A stretch of DNA of 64,000 bases from an uncultured Bacteroides sp. (GTDB lineage: Bacteria; Bacteroidota; Bacteroidia; Bacteroidales; Bacteroidaceae). The position numbers and the translations under genes are program-made. Of this stretch, positions 1 to 10,700 are shown in pieces. The stretch lies in NCBI RefSeq assembly GCF_945607605.1, contig NZ_CALYZE010000004.1; one strand, written 5' to 3'. The notes below the pieces were generated by a model that saw only the letters and a list, made by a program, of their open reading frames with translations, did no database searches and was not told where the DNA came from. Positions within the stretch are counted from its first letter, which is position 1, and every line of letters starts with the position of its first letter.

Positions 1-450
1 TTCATCATTCAGTTTGACGGCTATTTCGTCAGCGCCTTCCACTACGTGGTTGTTAGTTACAATGTATCCATCTTTAGAGATAATAACTCCAGAGCCAAAT
101 CCTACACGGGGTTGACTTTGCATCTGGCGTTGCTGACCGCGTTCTCCAAAAAAGAAATCAAAAATATCATTAGGACGCTGCTGAACGGTTTGCGTCTTAC
201 CTAATTGAGTAGCACGTATATGAACTACGGCATGAACAGAGCTCTCTGCTGCTTGTGTCAAATCGACAAGCTGAGCGTCCGTTGCATGGAAAGCCGCTAA
301 TTGTAGGTTATCTTGATTTTGTTGGAACAACTCTCCGAAGACAGCTGGTCTTTCTCTATTCAGCAACTTATAGGTAGTAATACCTGCAACTCCTGAACTA
401 AGGAGCACAATCGTTGCAACTCCAAGGATGTTTTTTGTTGTCTGTTTCAT
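1..450 (-). CDS. HtrA/DegP/DegQ-family periplasmic serine protease, N-terminal part only (gene runs off the left edge)
   Basis: Own translation of the reverse strand from ATG (450-448): MKQTTKNILGVATIVLLSSGVAG... then ...SQPRVGFGSGVIISKDGYIVTNNHVVEGADEIAVKLNDE. This is the block around the catalytic His of S1C proteases. It is absent from the ORF track because the window edge truncates it. Confidence 0.8.
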   Translation of the reverse strand, partial: MKQTTKNILGVATIVLLSSGVAGITTYKLLNRERPAVFGELFQQNQDNLQLAAFHATDAQLVDLTQAAESSVHAVVHIRATQLGKTQTVQQRPNDIFDFFFGERGQQRQMQSQPRVGFGSGVIISKDGYIVTNNHVVEGADEIAVKLNDE

Positions 451-685
451 ATTCATCTTTATTATTTTAACTGTTAATGTTTGATTCTCGTTTAACATTC
501 TGACGTTAAAATAACGACAAAAAACATTCAGTTATTCCGCTTGACACTCTTTTTTGTTCTCTTTTAACAGTGAATATTTGGGACTTAACAGCGATTAACG
601 ACAGAGACTGACAAATTAGCATTTATGCACGATTACTGACTAGTAAAAGACTGACAAATAAGGCATATAAAAAGCATATAGCCCT

Positions 686-2020
686 TTAATAATTAAGGTA
701 ATCAATTTCCATGTGATAATTCCATTGCGGAAAATAAAGATTCCCACCCTCCCATTCTACTTCACCACGCTGAAAATCGACTGTTTCACTACGCGGGTAC
801 TTTTTTTCAGGAACTAACGGCATACCATAATCTGTATTCACAATCATGCGCCAAGAATCGATACCCCCTAAGAAAAAATAGGTTTCGTCAACGTTGCGTG
901 CAAAGGTAGGTATACCAAAAGACTGATCAACAGGCACCCAACCTACCCCTTCAAAGTAAACCTCAGCCCAGTCATGAAGATTCCATGCACGCGGATGCAT
1001 CATGAATCCACTTTGAAAATGTGCGGGAATACCGCTGATACGACAAAGAGTAATAAACAGCAAACTGACTTGTCCACAATCGCCATGATGATTATCTAAC
1101 ACATATTCCGGAATATTATCGATAGTAGAATATTCGCGTGCAGATGCCCAGGGAAAGTTATCATTCACCCAACGGAAGAGTCGTCTAGCCTTCAAATAAG
1201 GATTGGTTTCGCCTGCCGTCAACCTGGCAGCAAGTGCACGTAAACGTGGAGAGAAGAGAATATGCTTCTCACGCTCGGCTGTGTATTTCTTATAAAGAGC
1301 CGTCGTTGTATCATAGGGTTGTATATCCTCTGGTTTCAAGTTAAACCATTCACCGTTGGAGGTATATTCAAAAGACTCTGAAAAGACAGTCGGTTCTCCC
1401 TTTACAGCACGTTTCTCCATATAGAGAGTGCTATGATGGCAGTCTTGCGGGGAGAAAGTATAAGTCTGTTCACTCGCAGAGAGAAACTTGACATCCTGCT
1501 GACGCACTTGATCGGTACGAGGGTAAGGCAACCAACAACGAATGATTTTTCCGGCAGGTACAGCATTGGTATCCACAGTCAAAGTATAAGTGATACGCAT
1601 CCGTTTGGGAGCTGCAATTGATGATCCTCCTTTCTTCACCGCAGTTATGATCTCAGGTAAATTCTCCGTATTTACTTTTTCACTACCGCTCAAAGAGATC
1701 CCTTCTTTACTCATTTTGATATCATAGCAGGTAGAATCTACGCGAAACAAATTAGGTCCAGCATTCCGGAAATATCGTTTCTGACCATCCAGCACCTTAT
1801 ATTCCAAAGCATTGGAAGCTTCCCATTCTCTCATTTGTTTATCTGTTACTTCAGGAATGTATTTACGGATATAGTCCTTCACCTGTGCTTCTGTCAGACA
1901 AAAATCTGTCAGTAACCGCTGATGGAGATCTTCATCCCAACTATAAGATTTGCTCTCTGACTTGGTATTACAAGCAGACGCGAGAACAAACCATAAAACA
2001 ACATACAATAGTTTCTTCAT
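686..2020 (-). CDS. Transglutaminase-like (cysteine-protease fold) lipoprotein
   Basis: 444-aa ORF. Lipoprotein signal MKKLLYVVLWFVLASAC. Transglutaminase-core Cys/His/Asp blocks HHGDCGQVSLLFITLCRISGIPA ... NLHDWAEVY ... WVPVD. Confidence 0.8.
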   Translation of the reverse strand: MKKLLYVVLWFVLASACNTKSESKSYSWDEDLHQRLLTDFCLTEAQVKDYIRKYIPEVTDKQMREWEASNALEYKVLDGQKRYFRNAGPNLFRVDSTCYDIKMSKEGISLSGSEKVNTENLPEIITAVKKGGSSIAAPKRMRITYTLTVDTNAVPAGKIIRCWLPYPRTDQVRQQDVKFLSASEQTYTFSPQDCHHSTLYMEKRAVKGEPTVFSESFEYTSNGEWFNLKPEDIQPYDTTTALYKKYTAEREKHILFSPRLRALAARLTAGETNPYLKARRLFRWVNDNFPWASAREYSTIDNIPEYVLDNHHGDCGQVSLLFITLCRISGIPAHFQSGFMMHPRAWNLHDWAEVYFEGVGWVPVDQSFGIPTFARNVDETYFFLGGIDSWRMIVNTDYGMPLVPEKKYPRSETVDFQRGEVEWEGGNLYFPQWNYHMEIDYLNY

Positions 2021-2036
2021 GCAGATTTATGAGTCT

Positions 2037-3218
2037 TTAAATTTTCACAACCCCGATACCCGGCAAATCGGGCAATGTAATCTTACCTTTTATTACTTCC
2101 ATCCCTTTGAATCGGTCATTGGCAATGAGCAGGCTACCATCCAGGTCGGCAAAATCAACAGCCGGAGAGAATTGAGCAGCAGCAGAGATAGCACATGAAG
2201 TCTCGGTCATACAACCTACCATTACTTTCATATCCAATGCGCGAGCTAATGTCACCATTTTCCAGGCTTCACGCATACCTGTACATTTCATCAGTTTGAT
2301 ATTGATGCCGGTAAAAGCACCTTTCAAACCAGCCACATCCTTCAACCGTTGAATAGATTCATCGGCAAATATAGGCAACGAACTCTGTTGCGTAACCCAG
2401 GCGATGTCCTCCAATTGTTCTTTAGGCATAGGCTGTTCTATCATGACAATTCCTTTTTCCTTCAGCCAATGAATCATATCAAGTGCATGGTACTTATCCT
2501 TCCACCCTTGGTTAGCATCAATAGCGATCGGAAGATCTGTTACGGAACGAATGACCTCAATCATTTCCTTATCATTATCACGCCCTAATTTCACTTTGAG
2601 AATATTAAACTGCTCAGCACATTCTCTGGTCTTTTCACGCACTACGTCGGCCGTATCAATACCGATAGTAAAGGTAGTGGACGGAGCTTTTCCTTTATCC
2701 AATCCCCAAATTCTATACCACGGTGCTTGCAACAACTTACCTACAAGATCATGCAAAGCAATATCCACGGCTGTTTTAGCAGCAGAATCTCCTATGGATA
2801 ACCCATCTATATAAGTCAGAATCTCTTCAAGCTGAAAAGGATCGGGAAACTGATCGATGGTATCCTGTACCTTTTTCAAGAAAGCCAGTACACTATCCAT
2901 TGTACCCAATTCATGCTGTAAATAAGGTGGCATAGATGCTTCTCCATAACCGATAATCCCATCATATTCTATCTCTACTTGAACATCGGGTGTGGTTGTG
3001 CGAGAGTAAGTAGCTACAGTAAACACATGCCGTAGTTTCAGTTCATAGGGAAAGAAACGCAATTTCATTTTGGGAACAACTCCGCTTTTGTTTATATTGA
3101 ATAAAGCAGGACTTTGATCTTCACCTGCGAATACACTATGAGTAGCCATGCCTGAGCCAAGTGCGGCAAAAGCGGCAGTTTTCAGAAAGTCTCTTCGGTT
3201 TTGCATACTATATTGCAT
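2037..3218 (-). CDS. Dipeptide (L-Ala-D/L-Glu type) epimerase, enolase superfamily, with twin-arginine signal
   Basis: 393-aa ORF. N-terminus NRRDFLKTAAFAALGSGMATHSVFA is Tat-like. MR/MLE barrel blocks are present: KVKLG, IAIDANQGW, VMIEQP, IFADES, NIKLMKCTG. Confidence 0.8.
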   Translation of the reverse strand: MQYSMQNRRDFLKTAAFAALGSGMATHSVFAGEDQSPALFNINKSGVVPKMKLRFFPYELKLRHVFTVATYSRTTTPDVQVEIEYDGIIGYGEASMPPYLQHELGTMDSVLAFLKKVQDTIDQFPDPFQLEEILTYIDGLSIGDSAAKTAVDIALHDLVGKLLQAPWYRIWGLDKGKAPSTTFTIGIDTADVVREKTRECAEQFNILKVKLGRDNDKEMIEVIRSVTDLPIAIDANQGWKDKYHALDMIHWLKEKGIVMIEQPMPKEQLEDIAWVTQQSSLPIFADESIQRLKDVAGLKGAFTGINIKLMKCTGMREAWKMVTLARALDMKVMVGCMTETSCAISAAAQFSPAVDFADLDGSLLIANDRFKGMEVIKGKITLPDLPGIGVVKI

Positions 3219-3257
3219 TATTAATTAATTTTGTAAAGGACCATTGCTGCTCATTCA

Positions 3258-4463
3258 TTACCATTGATAATATGGATTGGTAGCCGTCGTATTAAGTAAT
3301 GGCTCCTTATTTATAGAAGGCAACACGCGAGCTACAAATAAAAGACGTCCGAGATTGTATTCGTCGAACAGTTCATCTGCGGGATCAAAACTACCCATAC
3401 GCACATCGCCTTGTGAATGAATAAAACGTTTGTTACCTATGTACATTCCAACATGCACCACCCGTTCTTTTCGTTCGGAAGTAGCTTTACGCCCAAAGAA
3501 AACCAAATCACCGGGTTGAAGGTTACTAAAATCGGGAGCTATATCAATGTGTTCACCCACATAGGCTTGCTGAGATGCATCACGTGGAATAATAATATCA
3601 TGCATAAAAAGTATGGTACGCATAAAACCACTGCAATCGACTCCTTTAGAGGAAGTGCCTGCCCAAAGATAAGGAACCCCCATCAGCGTATGGGCGGTGC
3701 GAATAATGCTGGCAGCATCTTGTTTCAAAGTACTCCTCCATTTTTTTTCCGGCATGGAAATAGATTTTGAGATATACCCTTCACGTCCGTCCGGATAAAC
3801 TACTCGATAGAAAGCCCCTTTCGAACCGTTCCATCTCAAGCGATTACCAGCAGCAACATCAGAAATGGTTTGAGAGTTCAAATCAGGCTGTGAGTAAACA
3901 AAACCATAATGAGAAGTTACTACAATCTTTTCTGCATCATTCCAAGCCGTCAGTTCCTCTTTAGTCATAGGATGGATTCCCACATTGTGGACCCAAGTAA
4001 TGTAGTTATCGGGAGTCTGAATACGATACCAGCCCTTCCGTTGCAGTACACGAACCGGCATGCCCATCAATCCTTGAGTCATCATCTCCGAAGAAAAATC
4101 AGGCTCCACTCGAAGGTTGGCCACGGATACATTGATAACACCATACACTTTATCTTCCAACTGACCTGCATCAGGAAGCACCTGTAAACAGTCCATTACG
4201 TTGTAGTTCGCATTTTCCAATCCTTGCAATAATGCTTTTTTTGCCTCAGCTGACGTAGTTACGCCACGTAACATCACGTTCTTTCCAGAAAAAGAATAAT
4301 CCACATCAAACAAAGCGACACGTTTGTCAGGGGCGTAGATACGTTTCAGACTGTCAGAAAGTTGTGACACTTCTGAAGGAATTGTACGGTCACCCATTTG
4401 CGAAGCAACAGCGACAAGAGGGATAAAGAGTAATAAAGAAAAAAGAGAGGCTAGCTTTTTCAT
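3258..4463 (-). CDS. SH3b + NlpC/P60 cell-wall peptidase (gamma-D-glutamyl-L-diamino acid endopeptidase-like, YkfC type)
   Basis: 401-aa ORF with a Sec signal MKKLASLFSLLLFIPLVAVASQ. NlpC/P60 catalytic blocks GVDCSGFMRTILF ... VHVGMYIG ... FIHS. Sits next to a dipeptide epimerase, as in ykfB/ykfC. Confidence 0.8.
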   Translation of the reverse strand: MKKLASLFSLLLFIPLVAVASQMGDRTIPSEVSQLSDSLKRIYAPDKRVALFDVDYSFSGKNVMLRGVTTSAEAKKALLQGLENANYNVMDCLQVLPDAGQLEDKVYGVINVSVANLRVEPDFSSEMMTQGLMGMPVRVLQRKGWYRIQTPDNYITWVHNVGIHPMTKEELTAWNDAEKIVVTSHYGFVYSQPDLNSQTISDVAAGNRLRWNGSKGAFYRVVYPDGREGYISKSISMPEKKWRSTLKQDAASIIRTAHTLMGVPYLWAGTSSKGVDCSGFMRTILFMHDIIIPRDASQQAYVGEHIDIAPDFSNLQPGDLVFFGRKATSERKERVVHVGMYIGNKRFIHSQGDVRMGSFDPADELFDEYNLGRLLFVARVLPSINKEPLLNTTATNPYYQW

Positions 4464-4669
4464 TGCTCTAAGTGGTTTGGGGAGTTATTAGTGTTAGCAA
4501 AGCTACAAAATATTTCCAAAAGGAATACATCTTTTTAGGAATATTAATCTTTAACTTTAAATGGTTAGAGCTTTATGAGGGATAGATATTTTCTAATACC
4601 ACACCAAGAATCGTATCAGACTCTCGCAAACAAATCATTCATCATTCATTACTAATCATTAATTTTTCT

Positions 4670-4677
4670 TATCTTTG
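4670..4677 (+). promoter_or_regulatory. Bacteroides -7 promoter box (TATCTTTG) for rnpB
   Basis: Exact match to the TAnnTTTG consensus, 7-8 nt upstream of the predicted RNase P RNA 5' end. Confidence 0.5.
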
Positions 4678-4684
4678 CCGCCAT

Positions 4685-5090
4685 AAAGCAGTTGGTCGGT
4701 CTGTCGCTTGCGCCTCGTGTGCATGAGGAAAGTCCGGGCAACATAGAGCATCCTACTTCCTAACAGAAAGCTGTCCGCGAGGGTAGAGTAACGCAGAAGA
4801 AAATAACCGCCGCATCCTCAAGATTGCGGTAAGGGTGAGAAGGTGAGGTAAGAGCTTACCAGTCTTGTGGCGACACAAGAGCTGTGTGTCTTGGGAGTTG
4901 TAAGGTCATGTAAACCGACGTTATGAGAGCTGCTCGCTCCATGTCGGAGGGTAGACCGCTAAAGCCTGTATGGTGACATGCGGCTCAGATAAATGATAGA
5001 CGCCTTGATGAAGGAAGGATGAAGAGTGAATCATGAAGAATTCTTCCCTCAATGAAAGGAACAGAACCCGGCTTACAGACCGACTGCTTT
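4685..5090 (+). ncRNA. rnpB: RNase P RNA (bacterial type A)
   Basis: Universal motifs GAGGAAAGTCCGGGC (4725-4739) and ACAGAACCCGGCTTA (5061-5075). Terminal P1 pairing of gcagttggtcggtctg with cagaccgactgc. Length is about 400 nt. Confidence 0.9.
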
Positions 5091-5120
5091 TAATTTTCCA
5101 TTATCTACTTTCAATTTGAT

Positions 5121-6440
5121 ATGAACAAACGTATTGCTTCTCTTTGGAAATTCATCACTTACGACATTTGGCGTATTACAGAAGATGAAGTCAACCGAAC
5201 TACGTTTTCGGTTTATACCATTATCAAGACTATCTATCTCTGCATCAACAGATTCACTAAAGATCGTATAGCTAATAAGGCTTCAGCACTCACCTACAGT
5301 ACGCTGCTTGCCATTGTACCGATACTTGCTATTGTATTTGCCATAGCCCGCGGATTCGGGTTTGACAATTTAATGGAAAGTCAGATAATCAGTGGGTTTG
5401 GTGGCCCTACAGAAACCACCACAGTCATTATCCAATTCGTTAATTCTTACCTATCACAAACCAAAAGTGGCATTTTCATCGGCGTTGGTTTAGTGACTTT
5501 ATTATGGTCTGTACTCAACCTGATCAATAATATGGAAATCACTTTCAATCGCATCTGGCAAGTGAAGAAAGCACGTAGCATGTACCGCAAAACCACAGAT
5601 TACTTCTCCATGCTTTTGCTAATACCCATTTTGTTAGTGTTGTCAGGAGGTCTCTCTATCTTTATGAGTACGATGCTAAAGAATGTGGAAGACTTTACCC
5701 TGCTTGCTCCTATCAGCAAGTTTCTGGTTAGGTTGATACCTTTCGTCTTGACTTGGTTCATGTTTACAGGGTTGTATATTTTCATGCCCAATACAAAAGT
5801 GAAGTTTAAACATGCATTGATATCAGGCATCTTGGCGGGTACTGCACACCAAGCTTTCCAGTTCCTTTATATCAGCAGTCAGCTATGGGTATCTCGTTAC
5901 AATGCTATTTATGGTAGCTTTGCCGCACTTCCTATGTTTTTACTGTGGCTACAAATTTCCTGGACCATCTGTCTTTTCGGTGCCGAACTAACCTATGCCG
6001 GACAAAACATCCGAAATTTTAGTTTTGATAAAGATACACGCAACATCAGTCGCCGTTACCGAGACTTTGTATCCATCCTCATTACCTCACTCATTGCTAA
6101 ACGATTTGAGAAGAACGTTCCTCCTTATACCGCAGAAGAAATTTCAGAAGAATGTCAAATCCCCATACGGTTGACTCAAAAAACACTCTACGAATTACAA
6201 GAAATCAACCTTCTGCATGAAGTCGTTACAGATGAGAAAAGTGAAGATATCTCTTATCAACCGTCTTTAGATATCAATAAACTGAATGTCGCTTTATTAT
6301 TAGACAAACTGGATACACATGGATCCGAAGACTTCAAGATTGACAAGGACAATGAGTTCAACGGTCAGTGGGCGGCTTTGCTGAATGCACGAGAAGAGTA
6401 TTATAAGAATGCCAGCGAGATACTTTTGAAAGATCTATAG
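5121..6440 (+). CDS. YihY/BrkB-family inner-membrane protein
   Basis: 439-aa multi-pass membrane ORF with family blocks ASALTYSTLLAIVPILAI and YGSFAALPMFLLWLQISW. Carries a soluble C-terminal extension of about 130 aa. Confidence 0.8.
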   Translation: MNKRIASLWKFITYDIWRITEDEVNRTTFSVYTIIKTIYLCINRFTKDRIANKASALTYSTLLAIVPILAIVFAIARGFGFDNLMESQIISGFGGPTETTTVIIQFVNSYLSQTKSGIFIGVGLVTLLWSVLNLINNMEITFNRIWQVKKARSMYRKTTDYFSMLLLIPILLVLSGGLSIFMSTMLKNVEDFTLLAPISKFLVRLIPFVLTWFMFTGLYIFMPNTKVKFKHALISGILAGTAHQAFQFLYISSQLWVSRYNAIYGSFAALPMFLLWLQISWTICLFGAELTYAGQNIRNFSFDKDTRNISRRYRDFVSILITSLIAKRFEKNVPPYTAEEISEECQIPIRLTQKTLYELQEINLLHEVVTDEKSEDISYQPSLDINKLNVALLLDKLDTHGSEDFKIDKDNEFNGQWAALLNAREEYYKNASEILLKDL

Positions 6441-6452
6441 TTCTGACAAATC

Positions 6453-6998
6453 TCAATAATGATTGTAAGAAATCACTTTGTCTTTTGACTTTCGCGACTT
6501 TTTTCGTTTTGATTTTGCAGGATAGCCAATGGTAATATCGAGTAAGAGGCGTTTATTGGCAGGAATTCCTGTAAGCTTTTTAATCTCCTTTTCATCAAAC
6601 CAACCTAGAATGCAAGAACCTAATCCCTCACTTTCTGCTGCCAAAGTAATATGTGCGGCAGTAAGGCCAATGTCTATCAAGGGGAAATATTTATCCTTGA
6701 TTTTAGCTCCCAAGAAAGAACTGATATTCATAGACTCTTCTACAACCAGGATATGAACAGGAGCTTCTTTAGCAAATTTATTCATTCCGAATCCGGCAAT
6801 CGCTTTGCCAACCTTCGCTGAAAGTTCGGGATCGGTTATAACCACGAACTTCCAAGGTTGTGCATTACAAGCAGAGGGCGCCAGACTGGCGGCTTCCAAT
6901 ATCCGTTCCAACTTATCTGACTCAACCAAACGAGTCATGTCATAAGCACGATCACTTTGGCGGGATGCCACCAACTGTAAGAAGTCCACCTTGTTCAA
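6453..6998 (-). CDS. Nitroreductase-family protein
   Basis: 181 aa. Motifs RQSDRAY and APSACNAQPWKF. Unusually basic C-terminal tail KSKRKKSRKSKDK. Confidence 0.8.
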   Translation of the reverse strand: MNKVDFLQLVASRQSDRAYDMTRLVESDKLERILEAASLAPSACNAQPWKFVVITDPELSAKVGKAIAGFGMNKFAKEAPVHILVVEESMNISSFLGAKIKDKYFPLIDIGLTAAHITLAAESEGLGSCILGWFDEKEIKKLTGIPANKRLLLDITIGYPAKSKRKKSRKSKDKVISYNHY

Positions 6999-7005
6999 TT
7001 TAGAG

Positions 7006-7605
7006 TTAATAGTTTGCTAAACGGCTGATATACTTCCCAATAATATCAAATTCCAAGTTAACCACACTACCAATCTTAAATGAATGAAAATTGGTATATT
7101 CAAAGGTATAAGGAATAATAGCTACCTGAAACGTATCATCCGTAGGATTGCATACCGTCAGACTCACCCCATTTACAGTAACAGAACCTTTATCAACAGT
7201 GATATAGCCACGTTTTGCCATCTCTTTGTCAAAAGCGTATCGGAAGGTGAAGTAGTAACTTCCTTCGGCATCTTTAATATCAATACATTCCGCTGTTTGA
7301 TCTACATGTCCTTGAACGATATGTCCATCCAGACGTCCGTTCATCATCATACTGCGTTCCACATTCACTTTATCACCCACCGCCAATAAGCCGAGGTTGG
7401 AGCATTCCAAAGTTTCCTTCATGGCAGTAACCGTGTAGGTATCATCCGTCATGCTGACTACTGTAAGGCACACACCGTTGTGAGATACACTCTGGTCTAT
7501 CTTCAATTCATTCACAAACGAGCATTTGAAAGTGAAATGCACATTTTCTTGGTCTTTGACCATGGCCACTAGCGTGGCACATTCTTCTACTATTCCGGAA
7601 AACAT
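7006..7605 (-). CDS. ribE: Riboflavin synthase alpha chain
   Basis: 199 aa. MFSGIVEE start. Two lumazine-binding repeats (GDKVNVERS / GSVVNLEFD). Confidence 0.9.
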   Translation of the reverse strand: MFSGIVEECATLVAMVKDQENVHFTFKCSFVNELKIDQSVSHNGVCLTVVSMTDDTYTVTAMKETLECSNLGLLAVGDKVNVERSMMMNGRLDGHIVQGHVDQTAECIDIKDAEGSYYFTFRYAFDKEMAKRGYITVDKGSVTVNGVSLTVCNPTDDTFQVAIIPYTFEYTNFHSFKIGSVVNLEFDIIGKYISRLANY

Positions 7606-7642
7606 AAGTCTATTTACTATTAGTCTAAAAAAATGTTCATGG

Positions 7643-7650
7643 CAAAGATA
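7643..7650 (-). promoter_or_regulatory. -7 box (TATCTTTG on minus strand) for ribE
   Basis: The plus strand reads caaagata, 38 nt upstream of the ribE start. Confidence 0.45.
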
Positions 7651-7703
7651 TGAAAAGGTTCTTATTATACCATGCCGTTTGAGAAAAAAGGAGAAATGAT
7701 GAC

Positions 7704-10700
7704 CTATGAATTTCCCGAACTAGGATAGGTGGAAGGCGTAGTACCAAAAGTATCAACAAAGTGTTTTCGGAAGGTAGGTATATCATTATATCCCACCATC
7801 TCGGCCACCTCCTGCACCGCATATATCTTTTGCTTCAACAATACACCTGCTTTACGCATACGCACTCCTCTAATAAGTTCAATGATAGTAAAATCAGTAC
7901 TTTGTTTTACTTTCCGATACAACGTAGGCTGGCTCATGTTCAATTCCGAAGCCAACTTCTTCACATTGAAATCTTCTTCACATATATTCTCCTCAATAAT
8001 CTTCACTACTGAAGTGATAAATGGATCTTCCAATTTTACGTTCTCCCCAGCAGCAGAAATATCGAAACCATCCTCTTCGGGCGGCATCAATAATTTAGTA
8101 TACATCTGCTTCAGATTGATGCGTCCATTGATCAAGTTGCGAACTTTGGCCTTCAAAATACCTGGAGTAAATGGCTTCAGAATGTAATCATCTGCACCCA
8201 ATTCCAACCCATGAATCACATCCTCATCCTCTACTTTAGCGGTCAGCATAATGAAAGGTATGTGGCAAGTATCCAAGTTCTCTTTCACTTCACGGCAACA
8301 TTCATATCCATCTTTCACAGGCATCATTACATCACAGAGAATAAGATCGGGCACCTCTTTAAGAGCTAGATCTACGCCTTCCTGTCCATTGGTTGCAATA
8401 AACAGATCATACTCTTTTCCGAAAAGAACTTTCAAGTACAAACGAATGTCTTTATGATCTTCTACAATCAGTAATCTTTTCCTCTCTCTTTGAGATATAG
8501 CAGATTCAGCGGTCATCAGCATCACGGTTTCTTCAGGTACAGGCACCTCCTGAGAATTTTCATCCATCAAGAGGGAAGCATCTTCCGATTCTCCCTGCAG
8601 TTCCGGAGTTACAAACAGAATATTAGGATCATCCTGCAACATTTCTTTTCCAATAGGCAATTCAACCACTACCTCTGTTCCTTCTCCTTCCGAACTTTTC
8701 ATCAGAATGCTACCGTGATGAAGCTGGATAATCTTTTTCATCACATCATATCCTAATTCAACGCTGGTCAAATCTAATTGCAACGCATCGTCGGCAACTT
8801 TTACCTGATTTTTTCCATTATCTTCAACCGTAATGACACAATAACGTGCTCCGTCACGCACCATTTCTTGCAACGATAGATGTATAACTCCGGAAAAACG
8901 TATGTGATTAAAAGCATTTGTAAGCAGATTATGCAATACAAATCTCATTCGCTTGCTATCAACCCAAACCTCCAAATCCTTCTTGACTCTTTTATCATAC
9001 TTGAATTCTATCTGATTGATTCTCACTAACTCACTAACAGCAAATACGACTTTATCCAACAGTCCTTCTATGGTATACGGAGCTACTTTCAATTTATCAT
9101 TTAAAGAGTCCTGTGTATAGACGGCCAGCAACTGATTGCAAGAATCAAGCATTCCCACAGAATTTCGATAGGCTACACGCAATTTAGACAGAATGCCTGC
9201 AGGCAAATCCTGCTCTTGTGATACTTCTTTTAACGGGGCAATAATTAAAGATAGCGGAGTGCGCAATTCTTCCATAAATCTCGTCAGTAGTTGGTTACGC
9301 ATGAGGTCTATCTCTTGTTTTTGCTCTTGTTTCATTTTTGTCAGATTTAGTTTTTCTCTCAGTTCCATCTCTCGTGCCTTATGCGCTTCTCGTCTCTTTT
9401 CGCGACGCACAACATAACAATACACTAAGAGCAGTGTTCCCAAAGCAATCAGTAAATATCCTATATTTGCCCAAATCGTGTTCCACCAATAAGTATTTAC
9501 TTTGATAGCCATCTCTACGATTTCACTCTCACTAGCGTCAGGATAGATCAGTTTGACTTGCAACGTATATTTTCCTACCGGAAGATGCCTGAAAGTAATT
9601 CCCTCTTGCAAGGTTCCGGTTTTCCATTCTTCATCGGGCAACAAACGATAAGCTTGTTTAGACTGCATGATGCCATATTGCAAATCAGAAAAGTAGAAAG
9701 TGAAGTGATCGTTATCAGGTTCAAATACAAAATCAGATTGCATACTGGGAGTCGTTTTCAAGATCACCTGACCATTCAATGATTTTCCAATGGATACCGG
9801 TTCTCCATGTACCCAAACTTCAGCCAAGCGTAATTTACTTTTATGTCGGCCCATTTTAACCAACTGTGGATCAAAAAGAGTTAACCCTAAGGAACTTGAC
9901 CACAACAAGTGACCGTCACGAAGGCGACAAACTTCACTCGAATAACCGAAGGACGCATAAGTATACAACAAGTTCCTATCGTTCCTTATGGTTATCACAC
10001 CGGAATTACTTCCCACCCAAGTATTACCGTTTTCATCATCTTCCATACAATAGATATGACTGCTGGTCAAACCATTGAGCAAGGTGAATACAGTCTCTAC
10101 TTTGTTCTTCTCGCGTCCGTCAACACGAAGAATCTTATCAGCATAAGATGCCAAGATCTGGTTGTAGCTATTCACATAGATAAAATAGACAGGAGAAACT
10201 TGAAGATTAGCCTCTTGTTCATAGTTTCCAAGCACTTGGATAGACTTCCCATTCATTCCATTCTTCATACGCTTCAGCCCCACGTCCGTTCCCAGCCAGA
10301 TATTTCCCTCTTTATCTTCTGCTATGGAATATATATCATTTATCTTTTGCCCTTTCTGTTCCAAAGAAATCAATTGGCTCGCCTCTTTTTTATAATCAAA
10401 AAGCACTAAATGATTCGCTGTTACAATCCAGAGGCGATTTCTTGAATCCAAACAAAACAGATGAATCGCTTCAGACAATCCTGCCTTTCCCTCCGGATCC
10501 AATTTAAATACAGAAATTTCTTCAGTAGACGGTGTGATACAAACAATCTCTCCATGCGAATCACCTAACCATAAACGCCCATGTTTATCTTTATACATTC
10601 GATACGTCTCATTAGGTCTCAGACCTTTGGTCCATGGTTCGAATTTAGTTTCTATCGAAAACTGATTGGAATCACTACGCCACAACTTCCCTTGTTTGGT

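Noticed and set aside
7606-7703. FMN riboswitch in front of ribE.
   Set aside because: The gap is 98 nt and is largely taken up by a -7 box and short leader. No FMN-element conserved stretches were seen.
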